Origin: Chiloscyllium plagiosum
Taxonomy: Eukaryota
Assembly (NCBI RefSeq): GCF_004010195.1
Contig: NC_057720.1
Location: 34,170,382 to 34,234,381, forward strand
Length of the DNA: 64,000 nucleotides
Direction of reading: 5' to 3'
Within the stretch, counting starts at the first letter, position 1. Each line of letters starts with the position of its first letter. Positions 24,206 to 38,289 of the stretch are shown piece by piece. A program made the position numbers and the translations under genes. The notes beneath the pieces are model-generated. The model saw nothing but the letters and a program-made list of their open reading frames with translations. It was not told the DNA's origin and ran no database searches.

Positions 24206-24957
24206 AAAGAAGAACATAAGAACTAGGAGCAGGAGTAGACCGTCCGGCCCTTCGAGCCTGCTCCGCCATTCAACCAGATCATGACTGATCTTTTCGTGAC
24301 CTCGGCTCCATTCACCCGCCCTCTCTCTGTGACCCTTAATTCCTTTACTGTTCAAAAGATTATCTATTATAGCTTTAAAAACATTTACTGAGGAAGCTTC
24401 AACTACTTCACTGGGCAGGGAATTCCACAGATTCACAACCTTCTGGGTGAAGAAGTTTCTTCTCAATTCAATCCTATATGTGTCCCCCCCTACGTTTGAG
24501 GCTACGCCCTCTTGTCCTAGTTTCACCTGCCAGTGGAAACATCCTGTCTACTTTTATCTATTCCCTTCATAATTTTATTTGTTTCTATGAGATCCTCCCT
24601 CATTCATCTAAATTCCAATGAATATAATCCTAGTCTACTCAGTCTCTCCTCAAAAGCCAACCCCCTCAACTCCGAAATCAACCTATTAAACCTCCTCTGC
24701 GTCCCTTCTCGTGCCAGTATACCCTTTCTCAAGTAAGGAGACCAAACCTTTACACCATATTCCAGGTATGACCTCACCAGCAACCTATACAGCTGTAATG
24801 TAATCTTTCTGCTTTTAAACTCAATTCCCTTAGCAATGAAGGACAAAATTCCATTTTCCGCCTTTATTACCTGTTGCACCTGCAGACCAACCTTCATGCA
24901 CAAGGGCACCCAAGTCCCTCTGCACAGCAACATGCTGCAATTTCTTAGCATTCAAGT
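24206..24957 (-). mobile_element. CR1 ORF2 3' fragment
   Basis: Peptides LYRLLVRSYLEYGVKVWSPYL and FFTQKVVNLWNSLP, with a (TTCTTATG)n tail. Confidence 0.88.
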
Positions 24958-27544
24958 ATCTCAACTGACTTTTTCAAGGCAAGTATAATGAGTAATGATG
25001 TAAATATTGATTCTTTAAATCATTCCAAGTATGGAATATTGGGGATGGGAAAGGAAAAGATGGAAGAAATTCCACAAGTATCACACCTTTATTTGGAATA
25101 AGTGGATGAATACAACAATAGTGCTTTCATATCCAGCTCAATTTGCTTCACTTTAATCCCATGGGCCAGATATGTAATCTTTGGCCACAAAATACTCAAC
25201 ACAGAAATTAGGACACGGGCTGATGTGTAATTTGAGTCATAGTGTAATTATCCATGGTAATACATTTAATATTTAATGTCAATTTAACATGATCACTATA
25301 ATTGTATAAAACTTTTCATTAAGAAATATCACAGGCAATCAAATACTGAAACAATTATTTAAACGTTATTACATATAGCAACCAAAATAAGACCCCTCAG
25401 TAAAGAAATTTAAGCCTCACAACACAACTTGATTATTACCCGGTTAAAGATGAAATTTAGTATGATTCTTCCCAACTGTGTCTAGTCTCTGGACATGTCC
25501 TTGTGTAGTGTTGTTTTCCAGAGTTCTATTCTGAGGATTCCGGAATTGAATTCTAAGTTTGTGGCGTAACATTATTGATAACCCTTTAGATTCTTTCATC
25601 CAAATTATTGACTACACCTCGAGAACCATCAAGTCTGTAGCTTGCCACCTTATCAGAAGTAGTTCCTTTGTTTCTTGTTACATTTGGCATTGACTGTCCT
25701 TTTCAAGACACAGATTAAGATTAACTCCTTAAATACTTCTGCAGAGTAATCAATTGTCTTTGTGGCATAAGGCACCTATTTATCAAGCAGTTGTTAAAAC
25801 AGTTTTGTTCCTGTAGCTTTGCCTTCTCCTCCCACACGTGGCTAATTGCTTTCAATTCATGTATACATTTGTCCTTGTTCCTTAATAGTTTATTCCAGAG
25901 TAATTGCTGCTGCTTTCAGTCTGTGAACAGTTATTAAAGTTCTGAAGTTTACTCTATCACCCATTCCTTTATCTGCCTAACCTACTTTCTCTCCTGATCT
26001 TTACTTCCACCTATCCACTTACCCTCCCTCACCCCACCCCTGTCATCATCATAAAAATCATCTTTTCCTAGCTACTTGCAGTTCTGAAGAACGGTCACTG
26101 AACTCAAAATGTTGACTTCATTTTTTCTTCACAGGTGCTGCCCATTGTACTCGGTTGTTCCAGCAGATTTTGTTCTGGTTTCTTTTGATTGCCTGTTGTT
26201 TTATAGTTGCAAGAGTGCTGAGTTCATAAATACACAGTTCTTTTTTAACTTCACCTGGGGAGACTTCAACTCTATTATTTTTTTATTTTTGAAAGAGTAT
26301 ATTTCAGAGCAATTACATTCCATAAGCCACAATGAACCAAGTTACTAAAGGAGGTAGCCATATGCAATCAAGACCCACCTTTGGGATGAATTCTGTTTAA
26401 AGGTTTTCATTATCAGGACTAGGATTTTAGCAGATTGTGTCTGTTTAGCTAGCACTATCCTTTACAAATGTTGGTGGAATACAGATATTAATTTATGATA
26501 CAACAAAAGCAGAAACTACAATCGATGTCTGGAACTCTCTTCCACAATTGACAGTGGTGACAGGTTCAGTTGTTAAGTTTCTATCAGAGATAGATAAAGT
26601 TTTGTTAAACAAAGTTGTTAAGGGATATGAACCAAATGCAGGTATACGAAATTAGGCCACAGATCAGCCAGAATCTCATTGAATTTTGGAATAGGCTCCA
26701 GGGGCTGAATGGCTTACTCCTGTCCCTATATTCCTAGAAACAGAAAGTCTCAGTAAAATTGCAACGTGTTTGAAATCCATCAGTATACATTTGTGGGAAA
26801 CTCTAATGCTTTTCTGATAAAATCATAGAATATTTACAACCTGTGAAGAAGTCACTGATCAGGAGATAGTGAGGACTGCCGATGCTGGAGAGTCACATAA
26901 GTCATTGACCCTGTTCTCCATGCAAGAGAAATTTAGCTAATACCACTTCGTTCCCTTTTTCCTATAGCCCTGCAATATTTATTTCTGTTCAGATAATTAA
27001 CCAATTTCCTTTTGAAAGTCTACAATTGAATCTATTTCCACCATATTTTCAGGGAAGCTATTCAAGAGATTAGCCACTGATTGTATTAAAATAAAAAAAA
27101 AATTCTCTCATGTCACCTTTAGTTCCTTTGCTATTTTCTTGAAATTTGTGTTCTCTGGTTCTTGATGCTTCAACTCTAGGAATAGTCTGTTATGTTCAGA
27201 ATCCTCATGATTGTGAACATCTCCATCAAACCTCTTTACCTTCACTACGGAGAACAACTCCCCCAATCCCCATCTAAAGTATTTCATTCCTGGAACCATT
27301 CCTGTAAATCTTTTCTATGTCATCTCTTATGCCTTCATATCCTTCCTAAAGTGTGTTGAATTAGACATTCTACTCCAGTTGAAGCCAATCCAAGATTCGC
27401 CATAATTTCCTTGCTTTTTGTTCTCTCTGCCTCTACTTATAAAACCCAGAATCCCCCTTTTTTTTAAATCTGCTTTCTCAACCTGTCCTATGATCTGTGT
27501 ACATACAGCCTAGATATCACTGTAGCTACATCCTATTTACAATT

Positions 27545-27695
27545 ATTAGATTACATCAGATAGTGTGGAAACAGGCCCTTCGGCCCAACAAGTCCACACT
27601 GAACCGGTGAAGCGTAACCCACCCAGACCCATTCTCCTACATTTACCCCTTCACCTAACACTACAGGCAATTTAGCATGGTCAATTCACCTAATT
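27545..27695 (-). mobile_element. HE1 SINE 3' fragment
   Basis: Reverse-complement match to the 3' half of the SINE at 5389-5714. Confidence 0.8.
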
Positions 27696-27799
27696 ATATC
27701 CTTCATTTCATTCCTTGTCTTCATTTTTCATACCAAAATGTATAACTTTACACCCACTGACTTTACATCATGACCGCAGCACTCAACATCATATGCTGT

Positions 27800-28575
27800 G
27801 TGAGTCAAAAAGTGTGGCACTGGAAAAGCACAGCAGCACAGTACCTGAGGAACATGAGTCCATATTTTGAGCAGCGGGAATGGGGGGTGGGGGGGGGGCA
27901 GTGGGCNNNNNNNNNNNNNNNNNNNNNNNNNNNNNNNNNNNNNNNNNNNNNNNNNNNNNNNNNNNNNNNNNNNNNNNNNNNNNNNNNNNNNNATTTTGAG
28001 CATCAGGAATGTGGGGTGGGGGGGGGGCAGTGGGCAAGGGGGCTGAGAGATAAATGGGAGGGGGGGGGGGGTTGGCTGGGGGAACATAGCTAGGAATGCG
28101 ATAGGTAGATGAAGGTGGGGGCTGATGGTAATTGGTCAGAGCGGCGGGTAGAGCGGATAGGTGGGAAGGAAGATGGACAGGTAGGACAGTTCAAGAGGGC
28201 GGTGCCGAGTTGGAGGGTTGGACCTTGGATGAGGTGAGGGGAGGGAAGATGAGGAAACTGGTGATATCAACATTGATTCCATGTGGTTGGAGGGTGCCAA
28301 TGCAGAAGATGAGGTGTTCTTCCTCCAGTTGTCAGGTGGCTAGGATTTGGCAGTGGAGGAGGTCCGGTACTTGTATGTCCTTGGCAGAGTGGGAGGGGAA
28401 GTTCAAGTGGTATCTCTCACCCCCTTGGGGCCCCCCCACCCCACATTCCTGATGAAGAGCTTATGCTTGAAACGCCGACTCTTCTGCTCGTGATCCAACC
28501 TGACCTGCTGTGCTTTTCCGGCACCACACTTTTTGACTCTGATCTCCAGCATTTGCGGTCGTCACTTGTTCCTAC
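27800..28575. mobile_element. Penelope fragment with inverted pLTRs (contains a gap)
   Basis: Minus-strand match to the C-terminus and 3'UTR of the 55732-57390 element. Plus-strand pLTR with CTGATGAAGAGCTTATGCTTGAAAC at ~28449. Confidence 0.75.
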
Positions 28576-29869
28576 TCAATTATATGCTGCCTGCTTATGT
28601 CCTCTTGAAGTACAGGAACTATTCTAATCACAATATTTACAAGTTTGTCATCTGCAGTTTTCTTAAGTTGTGCCTTATACTTCCAAGTCAAGTACTTCCT
28701 TGTACCCATTATTTTTATACTCCCCAGCTAGATGGCATCATTAAATTGCATTGTAATCAGAAAAGGAGACCAATCATGAACTTTGAACATAAATTTTGCT
28801 TTTTTGAACTGGCAACTCCAGCAACTGCAGCTTGTCAGGAGAGTTTGAAAGTATAAAGCCCAGATATGTTGTTGGCAAGGTTTCCAATGTTCTTCCATCA
28901 TTACACAGGAAACCTTTTGCAAATGGAAAACATCTTCTGACACTTTGACAAATGCCAAATCCATCTCATTTTACACAACTAAAAATGCTTTTTCAGTCAA
29001 CCATGGATTTCAGAACACCACTAATTGAAGTTGTAGGCAATATCCCAGTTTATTGAAGCGACATGCAGCTTTTTAACAGTTGCGTTGGTAGATTAAATCC
29101 CGAAGCTATGTCTCCAATAACAGCAGCTGTTATGTACCTTATATTAGCTGAGGTAACAATTTACTTTCTTCAGCTTCAATTGGCATGTTGTCATGGGGAT
29201 AATCTGAGTGACAGTGATATTAGTTAATCATGACTGCAGAAGTATTCTGGGCATTGTTGAAACCTGCCATAGTCTATTGACAAATTTCATTTTAGTTTTT
29301 CAGGAAAACTGATGGAAAATGTTTTGTCAGAACAACTTCTCTTTCAGCAAAACATTTGAGCAGTGTTTTATTAAAATAACATAACTTCCATATGCCAAAA
29401 TGGTGTGCAGTTTTTTGACCAATGCTTATCACAGAAGAAAGGGGCTAATATCCCACTAGTTATCACAATTTATTTGAAGACTTCTGTATGAAGAAATTAG
29501 TATTCAAAGTATAATGGGATGACAAAAAAGATCTTCACGACATAGAGTTAGGGCCCTCTGACAACTTCAAATACAGAAATTGGAGATCATGGGTCAGGCT
29601 GTGCAAAGTATACTTGGAATAGAGTAGGAACAAAATAGCTATAAAGACTTCAAGAGAATAGTGTAAGAATTGAAGAGTTTAACAAAAAAAAGGTAAAGTG
29701 ATGGAAGAATAGTGGAAGAAAGATAAATTTGAAGTGGTACTGTTACTCAACCAAATTCAACGGATTTGATGAAGCTATCTGTTGTTGAAGAGCTCGAGTT
29801 ATGTTTGTTCTGCTCTAATTGTCATGCTCCACTCTGTTTCTTTTGTCTGTCATCTTCCTCAGCTGTGTG

Positions 29870-30850
29870 TGGGGGAAATTATGTCTCATTAATTTGATTG
29901 AGTTTTTTGACGAGCTGACAAAAAGGCAGAGATATAGATGCTGTCTATATAGACTTCAGTAAAGCATTTGACAGGGTTCCATATGATACACTGGTTAGTA
30001 AGGTTAGATCACATGGGATCTAGGGAGAGGTAATTAATTGGATACAAAATTGGCTTGAAGGTAAGCGACAGGGTGGTGGTAGAGGGTTGCTTTGCGGTTT
30101 GGAGGCCTGTGACGAGCAGTGTGCCAAGGATCGGTGCTGACTGTTTTTTGTCATTTTATATAAATGATTTGGATCTGAATATAGGATGATGGTTAGTAAA
30201 TTTGCAGATGACACCAAAAAGGTGGTGTAGTGGACAGCAAAGAGGATTATCTCAAGAGTTCAATGGGACCTTGATCAGATGGGTCAAGGAGTGGCAGGTG
30301 GAGTTTAATTTTGATAAATGTGAGGTTTTGCATTTTGATAAGGCAAATCAGTACAGAACGTATACACTTAATGGTAGGGCTCTGGGGAGTGTTGGCAACC
30401 AATGTTTATAGGGATGTTTATAGGGTTTGAGCTGCCGGGAGAGTCTGAATAGACTGGGGCTCTTTTCCTTGGAGTGTCGGAGACTGAGAGGTGACTTTAG
30501 AGGTTTATAAAATCATGAGGGACATGGATAGGATGAATAGCTAAGGTTTTTATCCAAACTTCCAAACTTGAGTCTAAAACAGGAGGGCATAGATTTAATG
30601 AGAGAGGGGCAAGATTTAAAAAGGACCTGTGGGGTAACCTTTTCACATAGAGGGTGGTGCCTGTTTGGAACAAGCTACCAGAGAAAGTGGTGAAGGTGGG
30701 TACAATTACAACTTCTAAAAAGTATCTGAATTGAAGGGTTTCAAGGGATATAGACCAAATGCTGACAAATGGGATCCTGCCAGATTCGGTTGTCTGGTCG
30801 GCACAGACTAGTTATACCGAGTGTCTGTTTTTGGGCTATATGACTCTATA
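29870..30850 (+). mobile_element. CR1 RT fragment with internal deletion
   Basis: DFSKAFD- and SKFADDTK-coding segments, and a TATGACTCTA tail. Confidence 0.85.
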
Positions 30851-31384
30851 ATTACGCTGTCCTTAATCTCCCTTCCCACTGCACTACAGTTTGAGTCCTG
30901 GGAGAACAGGTAATAAACCAGAACAAGAAAAATCATTAAGAGCAGCTTGTGACAGGGATTTTCAAAGCCAGATTGGAGAAAGTGACGAATTGTGATTCTT
31001 AGTGAGATTGTGAGATTTGATGACCCAAAATGTTTTAAAGTCTGGAGAGAATTGCTCCAAAATCCATAGTGATCTGTCTTTATCACATTTGTTACTTGAT
31101 GTGTGCTGTACGGTGTTTGATTGCAGTCTATTACCCATGTTAATCTCACATTTATTCTGCGTGTTAGAAATAAGGTGCACATGTGAATTGTATTACTGTT
31201 CTACTTTGTATTGTAAAGTTTATTGTTTTGTTCCAAATTCTGGAATCTTGAGACTTTATTCTCTTAATAAATCCCTGAATCTCTTTCTGTGTCTACTTCA
31301 AAGCTAGAAGATTCTGGTCCTTAGCCAGATCACACATAAGTTTGGTGATCTGGACTGAGATCAAATCAATATTTATGTTAGATC

Positions 31385-31745
31385 CTTTGCAATCTCAGGA
31401 TATCGCAAATATCTTTATAGCCATTTAAATGGTGTATTTTCAAGTGTACTCCCTGCACATTGTGAAAATTAACTGCTGCATTTTTTTAAAAAAGTATTTT
31501 CATACACAGGAATGAGATAATATTGTAATTATGTTGATTGAGTGATAAATATTGGCCAGAACACTAGTTTTCTTTAAGCTATTACTTGGAGATCTTTTAT
31601 GTCCAACAAAGTGAGTCCAAGAAACATGCAACATTTCTCAGTACTGCACTAAAATGACTTGCTTTTAGTGGACTTAAGCACGTGGAATGAGGCTTGAACT
31701 CTCACTTCTCAGAAAAGACTACTACCACCGAGCCATAACTGACAC
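31385..31745 (-). mobile_element. Second decayed Deu-domain SINE
   Basis: Shares AAATATTGGCCAG, GATCTTTTATGTCCA and CTCAGTACTGCACT blocks with the Deu-SINE consensus and the 22455 copy. Confidence 0.55.
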
Positions 31746-31889
31746 CTTTAAGACATTAAGGACAAGACTGAAGAATATCTAAATTCATAAAGAATGCATA
31801 ATGGATCATGCAATTCAACTGTGATTGTGAATGCTAAAAGGCACAAAGTCTGGTTATACACATATTTGGCAAATTGGAAGATGTTTGTG

Positions 31890-32898
31890 GCTGTAGGAGG
31901 TCAGGCATCTTAGCTCCAGCACATCTGCAGGAGCTCCACAGGGTAGTGTTCCAGGCCCAAGCATCTTCAACTGCTTCATCAAAGACCTCCCTTTCATCAT
32001 AAAGTCCAAAGTGGAGATGTTTACCTATAATTGCAGAATAGTCAGCACCATTTGTGACTCCTCAGATACTAAAGCAGTTTATGTTCAAATGCAATGAAAT
32101 CTGGATAATATCCAGGATTGGGCTGAAAATTTGCAAATATTTGTGCCACACAAATGCCAGGCAATGACTGTCTCTATTAAGAGCCTATCCAATCCCTGCC
32201 CCTTGACATTCAGTGGTGTTGCTATCACCGAATCTAGCACTGTCAACCTCCCTAGAGGTTATCGTTGACCAGAAGCTCAACTGGACTCTCCATTTAAATG
32301 TGGAGCCTACAAGAGCAGGCCAGAGGCCAGGAATATTGCATCCAAAAACTCGTCGCCTGACTACCAACTACAAGGCACAAGTCAGGGGTGTGATGGAATA
32401 CACCCCACTTGCCTGGTTGGGTTCAGCTCCAACAATACTCAAGAAGCTTGAAGCCGTCCAGGACAAAGCAGTCGCTTGACTGGCAGCACATCTACAAGCA
32501 TCCATTCCCTCCCCAACCGACACTCGGGAACAGCGGTGTGTACTATCTACAAGATGCATTGCAGAAATTCCCTGAAGATGACGAGGCAGCACCTTCCAAA
32601 CCCAAAACCACTTTCATCTCTGAGGACCAGGGCAGTAGATGTATGGAACACCAACTTCAAGTTCCTCTCCAAGGTAGTCACTGTCCTGACTTGGAAATAT
32701 ATCACTATTCCTTCACCTTTTGTGGGTTCAAAATCCTGGAATTTCCACCATAATGACATTTTGGGTCAATATACAGCATGAGGACTGCAACAATTCAAGA
32801 AGGCAGCTCATCCCCACCTTCTCAAGGTCAATTAAGGATGGGCAATAAGTGCTGGCCAGCCAGCAACATGCACATCCCACAACTGAATATTAAAAAGA
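31890..32898 (+). mobile_element. CR1-group LINE (second family) RT and 3' end
   Basis: PQGSV- and YKAQVRGVMEYTPLAW-coding segments. Related pieces lie at ~42323-42690 (-), ~45470-45580 and ~47620-47995 (+). Confidence 0.7.
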
Positions 32899-34496
32899 AT
32901 CAAAATTCAGATTGAGAAAAGATTTTGAACTTTGGGTGATTTGTCGCAGAAGATGTTTGCTGTAAAGTAATGGTGAGTTGGAAAGGAGATCAAGGAAGGT
33001 GCAGTTGTGGAGAAGGACAGCTGAGAGGCAAAAGAAGCAGAGTGGAGCATGACAACTAGAAGAGGAATGTGATTAATTGGCATTGGTCTGGAACACTAGT
33101 GTTTAGCACTATTACTTGACCATTTCCGCAGATTCACAGATTAGTTGCTCTGTCAACATGGCTTAGATGTATATAGTTCTATGTTCATTTCCGTGCATTC
33201 TTTTGACTTTTGAATTTGGATAATGCCAGAAAAAAGTAGATAGCTATTCTACAAGTTAACTACTTATTAATGTTAAGCTTGGTCACTTCCAACTGTGTTA
33301 TCTTCCGCAGCCCACCTTGTATGTTTGCATATGATATGTACTGTTCTGTTCATTTTAATTTAGTAGTTAAATTGGGAACTTACCATTTCATCACAGCCAA
33401 AGGTTTATAGTCATACTTTGTTTTTCTAGTTGAATAAAAGTTATTATGCACATGTCTGCCAAGCCAAATTACCGATATCCCACCCTGATTAACTTCTTAA
33501 ATGTTCCACAAATGATAGCACAGACACCAAGCAGGGGCTGGAGAGTTGATTTGTGAACGCAGTTAAAAATATCAAAATATCGGCAGAAGTAAAAGTGGTT
33601 TACAAAAGGAATCCTAAAGTTTTACGTTAAACTAGCTAATGCTTCTGGAGTCTAAAACAGAATTTTGAAAAGGAGTATTCTTCGCTTAATAAAAAGAAAT
33701 TGCATTTCCAGCTGAAATAACTAGCAAAATAAATTGAATCAAATAAGTATTACAAAAATATTATGAAGTGTGGCGCATTATTGTTGAAGATAGTTATTCA
33801 CTAATAGTTAACTGTACTTTGATTGCCCAGGCTCCATCTGATGGTAAACATTGTTCAGTGCAGGTTTACTGCAGTCGGCCAGGATAACCCGCACCAACTA
33901 ATTTCTACCATGAGATGGAGCCCATGACTTCAACGGAGAGTAGAAGGTTGCATCAAGGAGTGGGAACCAACTGAAGAACAAATCCAGGGCTAAGTTTAAA
34001 AAAGAACACGCAGAAGCACAAACTGGGGTGACAGCTGGGCCATGCAAGAAGTCTGGAGCCAGGGCAGGGTTGGCAAAGCAGCTGAAGTTCTTGACGTTCA
34101 CAAAGGCACTGGGGACTTGATAAGTAAAGATGGAGTAGAGGAACTGGTGCCAAGGGAGGAAGGACTTCTAGACTGAGGCAGGGACTAGAAGCCCCAGGGA
34201 AGAGGTTATGTGTAGATTTCAGGAAGTCTGTGTTAAAAGATGTTAAAATGAAAACATCAATATTAGTGAATATATCAGCATTATGTCATTACCCAAAACA
34301 AAACATTAGGGACGTCCCTTAAGCAGTTACTTACCTAAGAATTCAGAGTCCGAGGATCATTAAACACAAGTGGAGATATGTGACTGGTCTTGCGGTGCAG
34401 GTGTACAGATCTGGAGAGGAGACTGGGTTTAGAAATTAATCAAATCATTTCTTCATATTGGATATGCGTGTCTTTTATTTCCCTTCTCAGAGACAA

Positions 34497-35679
34497 AGAG
34501 TCATAGAGGTGTACAGCACTGAAATAGATCCTTCGGTCCAACTCGTTCATGTCGACCAGATATCCCAACCCAATCTAGTCCCACCTGCCAGCACCGTATC
34601 ACTCCAAACCCTTCCTATTCATATACCATCCACATGCCTTTTAAATGTTGCAATTGTACCAGCCTCCACCACTTCCTCTGGCAACTTGTTCCGTACACAT
34701 ACCACCCTCTGCATGAAAAAGTTGCCCCGTAGGTCTCTTTTATATCTTTCCCCTCTCACCCTAAACCTATGCCCTCTAGTTCTGGACTCCCCCACCCCAG
34801 GGAAAAGACTTTGTCTGTTTATCCTATCCATGCCCCTCATGATTTTATAAACCACTATAAGGTCAACCCTCAGTCTCTGCGCTCTAGAGAAAACAGCTCC
34901 AGCCTATCCAACCTCTCCCTATAGCTCAAATCCTCCAACCCTGGCAACATTCTTGTAAATCTTCTCTGAACCCTTTCAAGTTTCACAATATCTTTCCGAT
35001 AGGAAGGAGACCAGAATTGCACACAATATTCCAAAAGTGACCTAACCAATGTCCTGTACAGCTGCAAAATTATCTCCCAACTCCTGTACTCAATACTGTG
35101 ACCAATAAAGGAAAGCATACCACACGCCTTCTTCACTAACCTATCTACCTGCGTCTTCACTTTCAAGGAGCTATGAACCTGCACTCCAAGATCTTTGTTC
35201 AACAACACTCGCTAAAACCTTACTATTAAGTGTATAAGTCCTGCTAAGATTTGATTTGCCAAAATGCAGCACCTTACATTTATCTGAATTAAGCTCTATC
35301 TGCCACTTCTCAGCCCATTGGCCCATCTGGTCAAGATCCTGTTGTAATCTGAGGTAACCCTCTTCGCTGTCCACTACACCTCCAATTTTGGTGTCATCTG
35401 CAAACTTACTAACTGTACCTCTTATGCTCGCATCCAAATCATTTATGTAAATGACAAAGTAGAGGATCCAGAACCGATCCCTATGGCACTCCACTGGTCA
35501 CAGGCCTCCAGTCTGAAAAACAACCCTCCACCACCACCCTCTGTCTTCTACCACTAAGCCAGTTCTGTATCCAAATGGCGAGTTCTCCCTGTATTCCATG
35601 AGATCTAACCTTGCTAACTAGTCTCCCATGGGGAACCTTGTCGAACACCTTAATTGAGTCCATATAGATCACATCTATG
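34497..35679 (-). mobile_element. CR1/HER1 RT to 3' end
   Basis: ORFs with VFDKVPH, YINDLD, SKFADDTK and LEYCVQFWSP. Confidence 0.92.
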
Positions 35680-36034
35680 GTTGGTGTAGTTTTCACCATG
35701 CAACTATAGTATGATGACAGAATCTTGCAATGGATTGTCTAGTTTGGTTATCCATCTGACTGACTCCTTCAATGGTGAATTGTAAAAGGAGGTGCCTCTT
35801 TCATTGGTTCTTAGCCAGATCATTGATGCAGTGTGTGTCATGGTTTGGAATTCATAGCTGCAATCACATCCTTTCCCATCTTTAACCAATGGAGTTGGGA
35901 CTGCTGCCCACATGTGGGAAGATTCATTAGGGTTCAGCCCTGGGATCTCAGCTGCTGGGCCTGAGTTGAGAAATTGATTACTGTCTATCAGGATAGTGGG
36001 CTGATGCTAACAGGATGAATATTCTGGATGAATA

Positions 36035-36440
36035 TTAAATGCTGCAGCTACAGAATGGACTGTATGATTTTAAGCACTTGTTTGGAAGATTTTTCAAATC
36101 TTTGTAAGTGGGAAAGTCAGTATTGCTCATGACCTTTTCGGTCACACAAAGTGTGGTGTCATCATGGGGAATGGATTTAAGCATTCCTGACAATATCCTC
36201 AAGGTGGAATTTAGTTGCAAATCCACAATATGTGTGTCATAGCTGCGATCGTGAGTCAGATTGCTAGTCTGCAGCAAAATACAGATCACTGCTGCAAAGT
36301 GGAGTGTTCTGGTCCACATTCTAGCAGTAACTTGATCAGTTTCACTGCTTTTTAAAAAATGTTTTGACAGTTGTTGACGAGGTGTGGCTATTGGGTGAGT
36401 AGAAGACAGGGTGATACTGATGTACTTTGGAAAAACCGCT
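36035..36440 (-). mobile_element. I-group (Ingi/Vingi-like) non-LTR remnant
   Basis: PKYISITL and IVDLQLNSTLRILSGMLKSIP resemble the post-RT region PKYLGVTL...VDVQLNxTMRIISG. Confidence 0.4.
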
Positions 36441-36949
36441 GTTTTTCCCCTGCTACTGTCCAGCATAGTTTACTAATATATTTTACATAAGACCATGCAG
36501 AAATTTTATAAATGTAAGTAGCAGTGGTGGTAAAGCAAAAATAAAGGAATTATTTTCTTTTTGTCAGAATTTGCATAGTATATGACATCAGATCTTGAAC
36601 TGTAAGGTAATTTGTCAGAAGTTCAGATCATTACAGTTACCAACTGCTAAAGATTTTGGGCTTTTGGAATAGTTGGCTGGAAAATCCTTAGTGATTGATT
36701 TTAAAATCCTTAACAATTCTCTCCCACCCCTGCCCCACAAACATGTACAACATTATGCTTGTTTTTCACAAGAATTACAGATCAACAATCTTTTAGAATC
36801 ATGTTTATCCTCAGAAAAAGAAACATGGAGGAAAGAAATATATAGTATCAAATTTGGGCCAAATTTGCAAAGCTACTGTGAGAGTATATCAAAGAACGTA
36901 TATGGTTATAAAGGAGAAAATAGTAAGAGAAAATACATCTTAAAGAAGT

Positions 36950-37165
36950 TTCCTCTGACAGTACAAAGATGTACAGGTTATGTGGAGTGACCATGCTAAA
37001 ACTGTCCCGTAGTATCCAGGGTTATGCAGGTTATGTGAGCTAGCCGTGGTAAATGTGGGGTTACAGGGATAGAGTAGGGGTCTGGGTGGGCTGCTCTTTG
37101 GAGAGTCAGTGTGGACTCGATGGACTGAATGGACCTGTTCCAGCATTGTAGGGATTCTATGATTC
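36950..37165 (+). mobile_element. HE1-related SINE 3' fragment
   Basis: CAAAGATGTACAGG, CCATGCTAAA and a CR1-like tail ending GATTCTATGATTC. Confidence 0.6.
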
Positions 37166-38052
37166 TTTATTCTGTTTGGTCCACTCTGTCACTTTTCTTT
37201 TTCTATTACAATAATCCTTTCTCAATCAATAAATGATCATTCAAAGTTAATGGTGTTCAAACTTGTCTCTGATATTAGCTCAAAAAGGGCAATTGAAAAT
37301 ATTTGACTGAACATTATTCCAGTAAAATAATTGTGTTCAACTAAGATATATGACAATCTAACAGTGTTAGTGCTGCTATGATTTCTGACCAGACTTCCAA
37401 ATAATGTTATAATCTAGCAAAGGAACAATTTTGACAAAATGAGAGATGTATAAGACTTACTAAGAGATTATAGCCACCCTCCACTGTTTTAACAAACAGC
37501 AGTAAATTTCATTGTGCAGCATTAGAATAGTAAAACACTTTTCGATACATATGCGACTTATTCTAGCATCACAGATTATAGTAGCAAATATTGGTGATTG
37601 ATATTGACTGAACAAATCACAGCACGGACCAAGTAGCAAATGTAATCAATTCAGATCTCATAGGCTTCTTGATAACTCTTCACTATCACCTCCATACCCC
37701 CTCCCCCCCCCCCCCCTGACATTGTGATATGGTGGGTAATCAACTCTCATGTAACTTTAATTCTTTAAAGTTTAAAGGGGTTCTAGTTGCTCACTTTTGC
37801 CAGTGTGGTCTTGAAACTGCTGCTTTGTTGTGCACTGCCTCATTGCCTGCTCCTATTCTGGTTGTTCACTTTCCTTTCTTGAGTTTATCCTCCTCTGGAT
37901 TCTGGTGCCTCTACTATAGTACTTAGTTTCAAGCACAACTGACCACTGGCTTCACCAAGCTAGAACTGCTCCTTAGCTTTTTGCAGAGCGTGAATTGGCG
38001 AACCAGTGCCTTTGTAAAGGAATGATAATATATGACTGTCTTCCTTTTGTAG

Positions 38053-38122
38053 GAATGCATAGAAGAAGAACATAATTGCAGCTTGAATTCAATGATGCAA
38101 AGTACAATTCCATCAATTGCAG
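38053..38122 (+). CDS. CCDC24: CCDC24 coding exon, ECIEEEHNCSLNSMMQSTIPSIA
   Basis: Acceptor ttccttttgtAG and donor GTATAT. 70 nt, phase 0-1. Resembles human RCLEEEY...EPTLA. Confidence 0.88.
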
Positions 38123-38289
38123 GTATATTTTTATTATGTGTGTTTTGAGTTCTATATTATGCTTACTAATGTAATTAAGGTGGGGTCAGCTGGAGTAAAC
38201 TGAGAAAGGAGTTTAGTTTTAAAACAAAAAAGACTGTTAATGTACATTGACCGACGTTTTTAAAAAACAACGTTCATGACTCAGCAACA

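Noticed and set aside
33831..33843. Possible micro-exon cccAG GCTCCATCTGATG GTAAAC
   Set aside because: 13 nt would frameshift the otherwise phase-consistent CCDC24 chain (23474 joins 38053 cleanly), and the pyrimidine tract is weak.
33400..33870. Repeat-poor intronic stretch with TF-like motifs (GTAAACA, TGCCAA)
   Set aside because: Such short motifs are expected by chance, and conservation cannot be judged without alignments.
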